A stretch of DNA of 64,000 nucleotides from Cenococcum geophilum. Its lineage: Eukaryota. Each line of letters starts with the position of its first letter. Positions within the stretch are counted from its first letter, which is position 1. Of this stretch, positions 14,933-27,791 are shown piece after piece. The notes beneath the pieces were generated by a model. It saw nothing but the letters and a program-made list of their open reading frames with translations, ran no database searches and was not told the origin of the DNA. The stretch is from contig CP158635.1 of the NCBI GenBank assembly GCA_050273025.1, forward strand, positions 2,790,001-2,854,000, given 5' to 3'. The translations under genes were made by a program, and so were the position numbers.

Positions 14933-15408
14933 GCTATTAATATTGCTTGACTAATACCTACCGAAGGTTCCTCCGTCCTTCCTATCTTCTCTCTTACCTA
15001 TCTCCTTATCCGATGCTATCTATATCGCTATATTAATCAATAGATCCCTTAGTGGAGATTAAGGAGTATTAAAGCGCCTTTAGCTCTTATAAGGAAAAAG
15101 AAAGAAGAAGAGAGAAAGGTATAGAGGAGGGAGTATTTATAAATAGGAGGAGGCCTATAAACAGGAGATTAGGCAGCCATAATATAGCTATTAATATTGC
15201 TTAACTAACACATACTAGAGGCTCCTCTATCCTTTCTATCTTCTCTCTTGCCTATCTCCTCGTCTAATACTATCTATATTACTATGTCAACTAATAAATC
15301 CCTTAGTGGGGACTAGGGAGAAGTATTAGAGCGCCTCCAGCTCTTATAAAAAGAAGAAAAGAAGAGAGGAAGGTATAGAGGAGGGAGTATTTATAGATGG
15401 GAGGAGGC
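14933..15408. repeat. ~220-bp direct duplication in the 3' non-coding arm of the Helitron-like element (also at ~52430-52910)
   Basis: gctattaatattgctt...ggaggaggc occurs at ~14933-15155 and ~15187-15408. Confidence 0.85.
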
Positions 15409-16459
15409 ACTATAAGTATGTAATTTGGTAAGTACTAATAGTATAAGATTCTTATATAAGATGGGCTTAATTGCTTACTAAGATATAGGGTATCTCTATT
15501 ACTGCAGTGGCTACTATAGTCGTAGAGACGCCTTAAATATTTAATATACCCAACTACTAAGGCTGTCGATAAGTGGAAGGTAGGCTACCAATATTAGTGC
15601 GAACAATATAGTTGTTAATATCGTTTATAGCCTGTTTTTGCTTCTAGTGTATATATAAATTGTCCTTATATTTAGCGTAGAGCCGGTTATAAGCAGTGAG
15701 CTAGATTAGGTCTAACTTTATTATTAATATAGCCGTAGGTAGTACGTCCCTTAGTATAGGCCGACTTGGTAGTTCTAGCTTTAGAAGATTATCTTTCTTC
15801 TTAAATAGGTCGATATACTGCTATACCTAGTTAGTTTAGCTGTGTCTTAGATAATAAAGAACTATTAAATCTAATCGAATGGCTTATTAAGGATAAGGTT
15901 AATTTTTAATTTAGTAGAGGTCGTTATTTTTAGAATTTAATAGGTTAGGAGGGCTCCAGGTTAGGGTTTAGCTAGCGTCTTAGTAAAACCTTATTTAGAC
16001 GTTTAAACTTTTGATTTAATTCGTTAGTTCGTTTATTAGTTAGGTACATTCGTTAACTAGGGTTAATTGTCCGTTTATTTAATAGGTAAAGAAGCTCGAA
16101 ACACTATAAAGGTAGTAAAAGTAGTCTAAGTAAAGCTATAAGGTTGGAAAGAGGGTTCTTAGTTAGGAATTGTTGCAATTGTCTATATATTCTTAAAGGT
16201 TACATAACTTCTTATATAAGTGACATTTCCGCCCTTTAAAAAAATTAAAAAATTCCAAAAATTGATTAATGCTACGGATAGCAGCAATATTAATCCGGTA
16301 ATACTGCTAATTCTCCCTATATACTATTATATGTATATCTAATAGCTCCAGAAGCGGTAAGAAGGTAGGATAGATAGGGGGGTTAAAATTTAGAAAATTA
16401 GATTTCGCGGTTAAGCTGTTTAAAAGTTAGGAAACTAAGATAAATACCGCATTCTCTAC

Positions 16460-19400
16460 TTACCTCTAAGCTAGTATATAATTTCCTAATTAGGAAAAGT
16501 CGTTTATAAGTAGTTACTGCTGCCTCTGTATAAAATCTTCTTCTTATACCTCTTTGGTCTTACTTATAGATAACTAAAATCATTCTATATTAAATTTACG
16601 TTTAAATATAAGCCCTAAAAGCTTCTTAACTTGTGAGATTGCTATATAGGTTAACCTAGCTATTTTATCCTTTTCCTTAATATCTAGAACTACTTAGTTA
16701 AGTATTAGGCCCTGGCTTTTATATATAGTAAGAGCAAAAGCTAGAGTAATTAGAAATTAACGCTATAAGCAGGAGCCTTTTATACCTTCCTATTTACGAA
16801 GTATAGAAAATATAGGGACGACTTTTTTACTATCCTGCTAAGTGAAGAGGGCAGGTCCGTTATACCTATCTACTATAATTAGTAGTAACTAAGGCTGATC
16901 CTTTTTAATATCTGTGTGTCTCTTCTATATAACATCTTTAACTATACTAGTAGTACCGTTTACTAAGCCTAGTTTAACCTAGATATTCTATATTAGCATT
17001 ACTTTTACGCTAATATATAGGGCTAGATTCTCTATAGTATTGCACTAATTAGGAGTGACTTTTTGTACACCTACACCAGTGTTAACTAACTTAATAGCTA
17101 CTACTAGCTGTAAAAGGTTGCAAAGCTAAGTAGCGTTATACTTACCTATAGTAGCGCGTATGCTATATAGCCAAATTATATTATTAAAGCCCGCAACCTT
17201 ATTAGTAGATAGGCCCTGCTTATACCTAGTTAAAAAAAGCTTTTAGGTCAATTTACTTATAGAATTACTACGTAGCTTTATAAGGGCGGTCCTAAATACA
17301 GAGCTTTTAGCGTTATTACCGCCCTGCCGTATAACTTAATCTAAGACAGCTATTTGGTTAATCGCCTTATAGGCTCCCTTTCTATAGCTGGCGAGCTCTA
17401 ACGGCCTAGCGGGTAGATTGCTATATAAGGCCGCCTAACCTATAGGGGGAAGCTAATGGAAATCGCCTACTAGCAAGATATTTAAGCCTTTAAAATAGTC
17501 GTTATTACGCGTAGGGTAGATCTAATAGAGGTAGCGGTTAATCTAGGCTAGATATACTTACCTAATTATAGATTTCTCGTCAAAGATAAGATAGTAAATA
17601 TCCTTAAAAGCTTATTGTAGAGGCGTAAGACTAGTAACAGGCAATTTCTTAAACGGATAGTTTACTAGCAACCTTAATAGATTATATATAGTTCTGCCGT
17701 TAATACTAAAGGCAGCTACCCTAGTAGGGGCAGCTTAAGCTAATAGCAATGCCTTGCTATTAGCCCTTACTATATTATAGAGCGTAGTAGAGAGAATAGT
17801 AATAAGATGCGATTTACCGGTTTCTGCCTCTCTATTAACGTTAATCTATAATAGGGGGGGGCTAAGGCCCACTTAGATCTGCCTATAGTAATTAACTATA
17901 ATATTATAAATATAACGCTGACCTAGTTATAAGGAGGACGGAGTTGCTATTTAGGATAGGCGGCTCTACGATAGAGGCTATAGCTATACTTCCTGCTAAT
18001 AAGTCCTCTTATTAAGCTCCAGGTACGTACCCTGATGTATACTCTAGTTATAGTTATAATTAAGCTCCCTATTACCAAGCCTATTAGGATCCTTAATTTT
18101 AACTTTATTAGTATTTTAAACGCAGGTATATAGGGCCTTAAAGAACTAATATAGCTCTAAGTTATCTGCGAAATCGTCCTTAAACTTATTAATATTATTA
18201 GTAGTTTCGCGACCTTCCTCTAGTTTCTAATTATAGAAGTAGTTGGGTAGGTACTAATAAGAGTTAACGTAAGCCTAATAGGAAGCTATATAATTAGGGG
18301 CCCCAAATCTATTAGTATAAGTAGCTACTTTCTTATACTCCCTCTACGGGTGATAAAGAATGAGCTTTATATAGTAGAACTTAGGATACTATAGATAGGA
18401 ACGATCGCCGTTATATTGCGGAAAGTATAATATAACTTAAGGCCTTGCTCTTAGCTGACGCTTATAAATAGAGTAATTAAAATAGAGTAGAAAATTGAGG
18501 AAAGTAACGTCCTCTACCCTATCTAGGCGGCGCTTATATTTCTTATAGTTAAATAATCCGTACCCTCTTAGTTGCCTATTATTAAGCTTATATATAGCGC
18601 TTTAATCGTCCTCCTAGTAGTAGTCTAAAGTTATTATATTTTTAGAGCCTTTGTAAAGGGGAATATTAAAAAGCAGATAGTATACCTCCTACGCTAACCA
18701 ATTGCATTTAATAATAAGCTTATTTATAAACCTAACTATAACCGAACTAAAGGCATAAAGGCTATTAGCGTACGGCTGTACTAATTAGAGTAACTCCTAG
18801 TAGGAAGTTAACTTCTTCTCTTCCTTGCTGCAATATTTGCCTATATAGTTAACTATTACTAATATACTTGTAGTGGGTAATATATTAATATTCGCCTTCC
18901 ACGCTAATATTATAGCTGCATTATAACTATTAAGAAGCTTATTATTACGCTATGGATAGAATATTAAGTAATATAGATTTTAATCCTTTAATACAGCAGC
19001 CTTATTATGGAGAGACCGTGGAAAATAGAAGCGGCACTCCTTTACTCTAGTAGAGCCTTTCTTTAATCTTAAGCAGTAAGATTTGGTGCAATTGTAGTGC
19101 TGTTAAAATCGATTAAGGTAGGTAGTAAGAAGCTTACTAGTATTAAGCTATTCATTATAGCTGAGAGTAGAAGGATATTAAAGATTGGGAGGCCTAAATT
19201 AATTAGGATTAATTATAGATATAAAAGTAGCCTAGTACTTAGTAAAAGCCGCCCTTAATTTAATAGCTAACGGATCTAGCCTTGGGGCTATTAAACTCTA
19301 TAAAAAGCTATATATATAGCCGCTACCTTATACCTACTACTTATATTAGGACTAAAAGTCAGTACTATTAAATAGGCCTATAAGCACGTGCTTCCTAAAC

Positions 19401-21240
19401 AGATTAAAGCAGCAATATAGCCAGTAAGCAGCAATATGCGGATTATTATTAAGGTTTTAAGAAGCAATCTAGTAGCGCTAAGCCTTATTAGCAGCCTTAT
19501 ATTTGTTAAATAGAGGTATATAAGAGTGTAGATTATGCTAATGTAAATTAGTAGCGCTAAGTGTAAAGAATAGAGACCCGCTTTTAATATTTTTAGTATA
19601 AGCTGTAAGCTTATTTCTCTTCTGCCTCTAGTAAGGTCTAGTGCCCTTAAGGTTTTATTTATACCGTATAATTTTATTTAGCAACTGGCTACCCCTATTG
19701 CTATTTATAACATTACTAAGCTTATTTAAAGATAGACTATTCTTATTTAATTGGCCGTAAAGGAAGCGGGTGGCGTTAAGGGCTTACTCTCTTATAATCT
19801 AATTAAACATAGAGTAGCGAAATAAGGGGTAGCGGCTAAACTAACCGTTCTAATACTTAAGTATATGCTTGGCGTATGCAGCTAGGGTAACTATACGGCT
19901 TTATAGTATGTTAAAATCGGCTTTACTATAAGGAAACAGGGTAAGAAAGGCGCTGCGTATAATAAAACTAGCTAATCGCTTAGAGAGAGGTGTCTATCGC
20001 ATAGTAGGAACCTCTAGGCCCGCTTATAGGTCTTATTAGTGTTAAACCTTATAACCTAAAAGCTCTAATTTAGTAAGGTTAGGCACTAGATTAGGAACTA
20101 AAGTATCTAGTACGTCGTTATTAAATTCGCTGTCTAGTATATTACTGCTAAGCTCGGCAGGTAGAGGATTAACAGCAGGAGGACGTTATATAGGAGCAGT
20201 AGGGTAAGCCGTTGGGCTACTAGAATTAGACTCTAATTTATTAATATAAGGTAGCTAATCTAATAGAGAGCTATTTTTAGGTAAGCTGGTAAGCCGGGTG
20301 CTATATATTTTAACGCCGCGATAATTAGGATAATTGACCTTTAGAAAGTAAAGCCACTATGCTATAGCAGAGCGCCTTATAGTATACCGCTTAGTAAACC
20401 GCCGACTTAGGTATTCGCCACCCTCTACTACTATAGGCCTTACGACCAGTATATTAAGTTTAGTAGGTAGCCGTAGTAGCTACCTTTAAGTCTTTAGTGT
20501 GTTCTGGCTAAAGTAGCAAACGTAGCTAGTATAGCGATATTACTAACCGCGTATACGTATAACTTGTAGATAAACGTATACGCGTGCAATTAGAAGCTCC
20601 TCTACTGTAGTAAGTATAGGTAGGAAGCCAGGAATAGGCCCCAGATTAAGCCTATTACTTTTACCAAATAGGGGAAGAAGGGTTGGATCTTTAAGGCTAT
20701 CGGCGTCCTTAATATAGGCTTTATATACACCTCTATTATCACCCTCTATAGCTAGGCCTATTTGGAACCACCGCTCCTTATAACAACTACGCGTCTCTAT
20801 ATATTTAGCCTATAGTATACTCCTAAACTTCTTAATTTACTTCTAATTAATAGCCAAAACGGGCAGTAATATAGCCGTAGTCGGAGCTTGCCGCGAGAAA
20901 GGTGGTATTAGTGGTAGGGTAGGTATTAGTAGTAGAGTAGGTATAGGAGCTAGTTCCTATAAGGACGTATTTAGGCTATTTAGGGTGCCTCTTTTGCTGT
21001 ATAAAGCTTTATCTATAGTATATAGCAGAGGAGTAGGTAAGTAAGCTTTACCCCACTAATTAAGAATGCGATGCTCCTGTTATATTGTCCTAATTATCTT
21101 CTGCTGTTAAGCTATTTTAGGGGTATCTTGACTGTTTTGGCCGTGAGGCAGGAACGTGTTCTCGGTATTATTTTTAGGTGGAGCAGTTCGCTAATACCTT
21201 ATAAGATGATTCTTAGTAGTAGAACCTAACTCTATAAGAG
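16460..21240 (-). pseudogene. DUF6570-like + Helitron Rep (HUH) + PIF1 helicase remnant; ends approximate
   Basis: Walker A 'VNREAETGKSH' (from VDGEAGTGKS) at ~17810-17840. PIF1 C-terminal 'FLITLAFALTIYKSQGL' at ~16710-16760. Rep motifs as in copy 2. Confidence 0.85.
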
Positions 21241-21341
21241 CTCTCCGCTTATTTAAAATATATTTAGAGGCCTAGAAAAGTAAGTAGAAGTAGAAGTAAT
21301 ATATAGAGAAGACGCGCCTTTAACCGATATAACTAGCATAG

Positions 21342-21603
21342 TGTAAGGCAGTATTGCTAGGGTATACGGTAGGGAGCAGGCAAGCCGAGCATGAGTCACA
21401 TAGGGAGTCGATGGAAGAGGACGATATGGTAATAAGGGTAGGCAATAGCCTAGGTACAGAGAGAGACGAACCGATGGGGAGGAAGGAGGCTGCAAGCCCG
21501 AGGAGCTTATAAGGGGTGGCCAAGGCCTAGCCGAAGGCTAGCCTTGGCAGCCCCTAAGAGCTCCCGGGATGTAGCCGAGTAAGGGACCAAAAGTACCCTT
21601 ACA
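21342..21603. mobile_element. Solo LTR (262 bp) inserted in Helitron-like copy 1
   Basis: TGTAAGG...CCTTACA termini, 5-bp TSD CATAG (21337-21341, 21604-21608). Empty site present in copy 2 at ~34875. Confidence 0.92.
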
Positions 21604-22401
21604 CATAGCTTTAAAAGCTTTTTTAAAGGGCCGTCTTTAATAAAGTTAAGGTGGAGCTTATAGATATAGCACTTGCTATACTTAATTATAGTAGAATCTG
21701 CTATATTTATAATGTATATAGTGGTATTAATAGAGGTGTTAACAAAAAGGAAGGTGTTTTAATATTTATAATATTTTAATATTTGTTATATGGATTCTGC
21801 TATAACCTACTACCTATAACATTTTTTCTAACTAATTAGGAGCCGGCTTAGCGGGAGTTTAAAATCTAGGACCTAAAAGTATAGACCACTTATACCTCGG
21901 GTCAATAAGCATAGCTTTTTATATAGACTTATAAATACTAAATTTGAAATCTATAATAGCAATTTATAAGTTCTACTCCTTTAGGTCCATATTAATTGAT
22001 TCGTTATATAAAAATAGGGTAACAAATTAGTAATTTAATTTTAATAATATGGACATATCTATGTGGCTAAGCGAGCACTATAGCAGCACCCCTGTATCTT
22101 AGCAACACTAACATTATTAACATTTACAAAATTGAGCCTTGCTTGCTTGCTTTCTATATTAGTCTCATTTAAGAGCCAATATCTTATTTACTCAATTTCT
22201 AATAATTAATTATTGCTGTTAATGACTTAATAACTTATACGCTCGTCTAAACCTTCGCGAATCGTCTATAAAAACCTTAAAAACTTAACTAATAATAATA
22301 CACTCGACGAGCTAAACTCCTTAGAGGTTACTTACCAGTCTCCCTTACCTTCCCCTATACCTTTAGGCGATACGCCAGCGTTACAGTCTCTATTCTCTAT
22401 A

Positions 22402-23340
22402 ATGGCGCCTCTCTCCGCGGCTTAATGTAAGACTTTAGCCGCTAAAAAAGCCAAAGAATGGCTTTAGTAACTATATAAGGAGAACCTAAGGATTAGAAGA
22501 GCTTAGGTAAAGAAGGTTAAGGACTAGGCAACTAACCGGAAAATAAGACTTCTTTAGGAACAGGAGGACCGTACCAAAATACTACGCGTCTAAAAAGAAT
22601 AGGAAGATTAGGTAACTAAACTCTATATATTAAGCCTCGCTACGGTAACAGCGAGATTAGCTACGGCAGTGTTATCCTTAACCCTAATTAATAAATTAGG
22701 TAAGTTGCTCCCATCTATAGCTAATATCCTAAATACCTTCCTCCCTAGCGTCCCGAATAAAGAGATACTTAAGGTATTTTAGGGTACTTTCTTGCCTAAT
22801 AACCTCTCTTGCCTCTAGATACACTAGCTCTAGTCTAAGCCTTAGAATAATATCCTTATCGTTAACAGCGTCCTTTCTATAAGACCAAAAGAAGGGATAA
22901 TAAAGGACTACCCGTCCGTTAAAGTGTGGGTAAAGGGCTTCCTTAACTATATAATGATTTTAATTATTATATATAAGAATCTTTTAGTAGATCTTATTCC
23001 CTAAATGCTTGCCTTTTATAATTAAGTTATCTAGATATCTACCACCTACTAAATTGCTCCCTTAATAACTATGGCCTTAGAGCACCACTCTATAGTTATT
23101 TAAAAGAACTAGTTAGAGCTAGCTAACTAGAAGATCTTTAGTAACTTCCTGGATATCTATTATAATCCTAGTACTTATAAATCCGCATCTATCTTAAAAC
23201 GCATGTAAGTAAGTACTAATATCTTAAGGACCTATTATAGCTTTAATAGAGGGAAGTGTGACCTAGGTAAGGATTATAAGTTCCCATATACCTGTAACAA
23301 GTACGGTAGCCCGTATGCTATAAGGAATTGCAAATAGTAA
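22402..23340 (+). pseudogene. gag-like ORF1 remnant with C-terminal Cys/His finger
   Basis: Ends '...FNRGKCDLGKD(Y)KFP(Y)TCNK(Y)GSP(Y)AIRNCK', where the bracketed Y residues are RIP products of C or H. Confidence 0.6.
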
Positions 23341-25080
23341 TTACTAGAGGAAAGTGTTAATAAGGAAAAGGAAGAGGAGGAAAAGGATTTTATTAAGCTA
23401 TACCTACACTCCGCCGAAACCGTGCTCTACCCTTATAGTACGGGTAGGCTAAATACTATACTATTATTTCTAGTCTTTCTACCCTCCTCTCCTCTATAGG
23501 ACTCTCCCTCCCCCTTAATTATTTAAGCGTGGGGGCGTTATCTATCCCTGTACCCTGGCAACCTCTAATGTAATATTATTAGTATCGTAAAGTTCGGATG
23601 CCAGATTAGGGTAGACTTAGAAATTAAGCTCCTCTCCTAGAAGAACTAAGCCTTAATAGCCGTAAATACGGTCCTAATCTTAGAGAAGATTAGCGCCAAT
23701 CTAGACATAGGCAGGATTATAATGGCAACGTCTCCCGTTATATTCTTGCCGCTAGGTTTAGTACCTAAAGCGGATAGGAAATAGCGCTATATTTATAACT
23801 TATTCTTACTATTTAGCCGATCTATTAACGACTTAATCCCTATAGCATTCGCCACACTATAATATTTAATAGTTGATTAGGTTCTCTAATACGTTATATA
23901 TATAGGCTATAGTTATATAATTATTAAGAGGGATATTAAGGACGCCTTTTAGAATATCCTACTTTTTATTAAAGCTTAACGCCTTATGGGGTTCTCCTAG
24001 AAGGGTGTAGTATATTTTAAACGTTGCCTCTTATTTGGCCTTTAAACTGCACCCTTTTTATTTAATCTTTTTATGGAGGGATTCTACTGGATACTTATCT
24101 AATATATCCTAAACGCCGCCTTAGAGCACTATTTAGATAACTTTATCTTTATACTCTCTAACGCTTCTATCCTCCCTTAATTGCTTAGTGTGTATAACCA
24201 ATTAAGCGACGAATTAGGTATCCTATAAAACGAATTAAAGAATATTAAAGGCACTATAGCTAAAGTCCTAGGTTATATTATAGATACTCTAAAGTTTAAG
24301 CTGCGTCTTTCTCCTTTAAAATAGGCCACTATAATTAAGGAGATTAATAAAGCGTTAAGTGGTAGATCCCTAACGCTAGTTTAGAGTTAAAAACTAGCTA
24401 GTAGACTTGCTTAAAGCGCCCGGGTAATTAGGCTTAGGCGTTTATATAACCGCTCTATTTAGGAGTTTATCTCCACTTTTATAAAGGCAGGTAGTTATTC
24501 TTGCTAACGGCTAATAGCTGAACTTCGCCAAGACTTATTATGGTAGAGGGATACTCTTACCCTTTTAAATAGTATCCTCTTCTTTAACGATACGGATTAA
24601 AAATAATTCTATCTCTTTTTAGATGTATCCGGGATTCTTAGTTATAGGGCCTTTTTCTTCCTTAAGGATTCTTAAGGGACAACATAGCCGCCCTATTTAG
24701 TATTTTTACCCTAAGACAATTCTTTAAGCTACTACCCTAATGTAGAATACCGCCTTGCCCTAATTAATAAGCGGGAGGTCTAAGCAATTACGACCTTGTT
24801 CTAGCTCTAGGCAACGCGGTAAAAGTATAGCTTAATCTATATCTATATGGATAACACGGTAGCACTCTTGGGATTCTAAAATATAGTAGTAAAAGGACTG
24901 GGTAATTACCCGCTCCGTAAGATCCTCTAACTAGCCGCAGCCTATAATATTACGCTCTATATAGAGTAAGTTTCCTCTACAGAAAATAGGCTAGCTAATA
25001 CTCTATCTCGTTTTAATCGCGATAGGGTGTTATTACTATACCCGTATTAGGATACTTCTAATTTACTGTTACTATATACT
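23340..25080 (+). pseudogene. RT/RNase H remnant of the YR retrotransposon
   Basis: 'LGLVPKAD', 'KRDIKDAF.NI', 'CLLFGL.TAPFLFN', 'HYLDNFIF' (from YLDD), 'YMDNTVA', 'LANTLSRF'. Confidence 0.9.
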
Positions 25081-25109
25081 TCTTTATTATATTTAATCTA
25101 ACGCCGAAA

Positions 25110-26180
25110 TAGGAGACCTGGTCCCTCTTAAAGACCCCCTACCTAATTTCTAGATTAAGGTAAAAGCCCCCTTAGAATACTTTGGCTAACTATTATGGCA
25201 CAGCCTCTCCGATGGAATAAGAGATTTATACTATCCCGTAATTAAGAGTTAGGAGGGCTACTATAATTTTTATAGAGCGGTAAAGTACCTAGCGCCTCTC
25301 TACTACCTAGGAGAATAAATTACCTAACGGATCTTTGGTAATGCTAGTCTAGGAATAAGCTATATTAAGCCTGCTATAGTTAGAGCCTATATCTCCGCAA
25401 TTCAATCTTACTATATTAACGCTAATTATAACACCTCCGTCTTTAATAATCCTATTATTAAGAGGATCCTAGACGGTGTAATATCTATAAATCCCTCTAC
25501 TACGGCTAAAAGATTACCAATTACTAAAGACATTTTTACCTAATTGGTTACCCTAAATGCCCAATCCATTAAGGATCTTAACTTTAACGCTGCCGTCACC
25601 ACGGCCTTTACGGGATTCCTTTATCTAGGCGAGATTACCTATATTAAGGCTTAGAAAGATAGCTACGCCTTTTTTACTATAAAATATACTAGAAATGATA
25701 TAACGCTAGTAGAGGACTATATAATATTATGTCTAAAGTGTAGTAAAACGGACGTTAATTACCAAGGAGTCTTAATTATAATTGCTACTTTAGGGCAACC
25801 TAAATGCGTAGTTCGAGCTATAAAACACCTATTTAAAAATAACCCCTAACCCGGAAACGCCCCTCTCTTTTACTTTAAGAGATTGGCCTTTATAAGCTAC
25901 GTGGTTAGGAATAAGCTAAAGTATAAAGTTGCCGTTCTTAGCCTTTACTCTAAGCTCTATAATGGACACTTATTTTAGAAAGGTGCTACTTAATACGCTT
26001 AAGATAACGGTTTTATGGACGGCTAAATATAGTAACTGGGCCAGTGGTCCTTATAAGCGTTCTAGCTTTACTATTTATTATCCCTAAAAGACCTATTCCG
26101 GCTAAGTATAAACTTCTAACGTAAAACGCCAATACCGTTCTTATTATTACTCGCCCTAGATATAATAGGCGAAGGTATTT
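25110..26180 (+). pseudogene. Tyrosine recombinase remnant
   Basis: 'AFTGFLYLGEIT' (R box), 'LKCSKTD', 'GHLF*KGAT' (from HSFRKGAA), 'LGQWSL*AF*LY' (from GRWSS..F..Y). Confidence 0.9.
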
Positions 26181-26687
26181 AGGCACAATGGCGTGTAGGA
26201 GTGCCTATTTTAGCACTCTAATATATTAACTTAAATCTCTTCTTTCCCCCCCTTTTTTATTTTTTATTTTTTCTTCCCCTTACTCTACCTTATGTGGTAC
26301 GGGCGCTGCGCTTCTAGGTCTATGGGCATCACGTTTAGTTAAAGCAGGGCAATCCCTTATAAATGGCCTTGCGAATATACCCATTCTTAATTAATGCCTT
26401 TAAGCCCGTACCCACTAATTAGATTAATTAATCCTCTTCTCCGCAAGCGTGTAAATAATAGATAGCGGTATTTAGCGGGTAACCGAGTTCTAGGAATCCG
26501 AGCTTTAACGAAATCGGCTTCACCCCTTAAACGCGCAAAAATGACTCCGCCCCACTAGTTGTATAGGGTATAACTTATACTTAACTTTACACAACTAGTG
26601 TATAAGTAGGGGCTTAAAAGTTAATCTTAGCCAAGATTTATGCTAGCTATGCTTAGCCTGTTTTAATGCCCCTTCTAACTTATAATT

Positions 26688-27140
26688 TATTTACTTGCTT
26701 ATAGAGATAGAGATATATTCTAATATATTGTATTAAAGGGTATAGGCCCAAGAAAAGGGTAATCATTTTAGCCTACTGTATTGCATAGTAGGTTCCCTAC
26801 TATCTTAAGCAGTGGTAGATAATTACACACTTATTTCCCCCCTTAGGCCTACTATAAGCCTAAAAGGCTGCAAATCTATTTATAGGGTAGAGGGTGGGAA
26901 AGCGAAAAGCCAAAAGGCTGATTGTAATAGATATTAATGTTGCTATTTAGAGGAGGCGTAACTTCGCTTTAAATAGATATCTTTATCTATTTACTTGCTT
27001 GTAGAGATAGAGATATATTTTAATATATTATATTAGGGGGTGTAGGCCTAAGGAGAGGGTAATTATCTCAGCCTACCGTATTATATAGTAGGTTCCCTAC
27101 TATCTTAAGCAGTGGTAGATAATTATATACTTATTACCCC
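26688..27140 (+). repeat. ~153-bp direct repeat pair, offset 300 bp
   Basis: tatttacttgctt...ttatt(t/a)cccc at 26688-26840 and 26988-27140. Confidence 0.9.
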
Positions 27141-27529
27141 TATAACGCGTACCGTAGCGAGTTCCCGATATTATTGAAATGGCTGTTTCATGACCGGAAT
27201 CTCGACACCTCCCAACCCTCTGGCCCACGTGACCCCGCGCCGCCTTTGCTCAGGCGGCTCAGGCCTGGCTCAACTTCGGCTCAAGTCTGCTCAGGTCTGC
27301 TCACCCATCTCACCAGAAATCGTCAACTTTTAACGAGGAGCCCGAAAAGGCCCCCTTTCCCAGCCGGGGGTCCCAAATCTGTTTCCACTGTACGCTCATT
27401 CCCAGACAGTTATCCTGGTCTGCCTGTCTTCATGCGTGGGACCTTTTTCTGCCTTCAGGTTGTTTTACGCCGTCCTCTGCGTTTTGCCTAGGGCTACGTA
27501 TTCTATAAATGACCGGTTCCCTCTTGTCT

Positions 27530-27680
27530 TCACCTCTCTTCTCGCCCATCTTCTCACCCATCTTCTTACCCATCTTCTTACGGTCTTACCTATCTTCTCA
27601 CATATCTTTTCACCCATCTTCTTACACACCTTCTCACACATCTCCTCACGCATCTCCTTACATATCTCCTCACTTATATT
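27530..27680 (+). repeat. Degenerate 12-bp CT-rich tandem repeat (CATCTTCTCACC) upstream of the recombinase
   Basis: Visible repeats, which also explain the LTHL/FSPI-repeat ORFs in the ORF track. Confidence 0.8.
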
Positions 27681-27791
27681 CCCTCCCCCTTCTCTCCTCT
27701 CTCCAATCCCTCTCCCATTTCTCCAGAAAGACCTTCTTTTCTTGTCTCTACTCTAGATATCTATATCCGCATATACAGAGTTCTGTAAGCC

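Larger units (their letters stand above)
14044..21908 (-). mobile_element. Helitron-like Rep/PIF1-helicase element, copy 1
   Basis: Reverse-complement match to 34531-59760 once insertions are removed. Shared ends TTATTGACCCGAGG...TTCCGCATGTTAT. Subterminal hairpin CCAGGGGG-TCT-CCCCCT(A)G at ~14165-14185. Confidence 0.88.
22050..26430 (+). mobile_element. DIRS/Ngaro-type tyrosine-recombinase retrotransposon (RIP-inactivated); ends approximate
   Basis: gag-like ORF, RT/RNase H and lambda-like recombinase in series on one strand, with no integrase or protease. Confidence 0.88.

Noticed and set aside
26688..27140. 153-bp repeats as Ngaro B1/B2 split direct repeats
   Set aside because: The intervening 'A2' segment has no visible counterpart at the 5' end of the YR retroelement.
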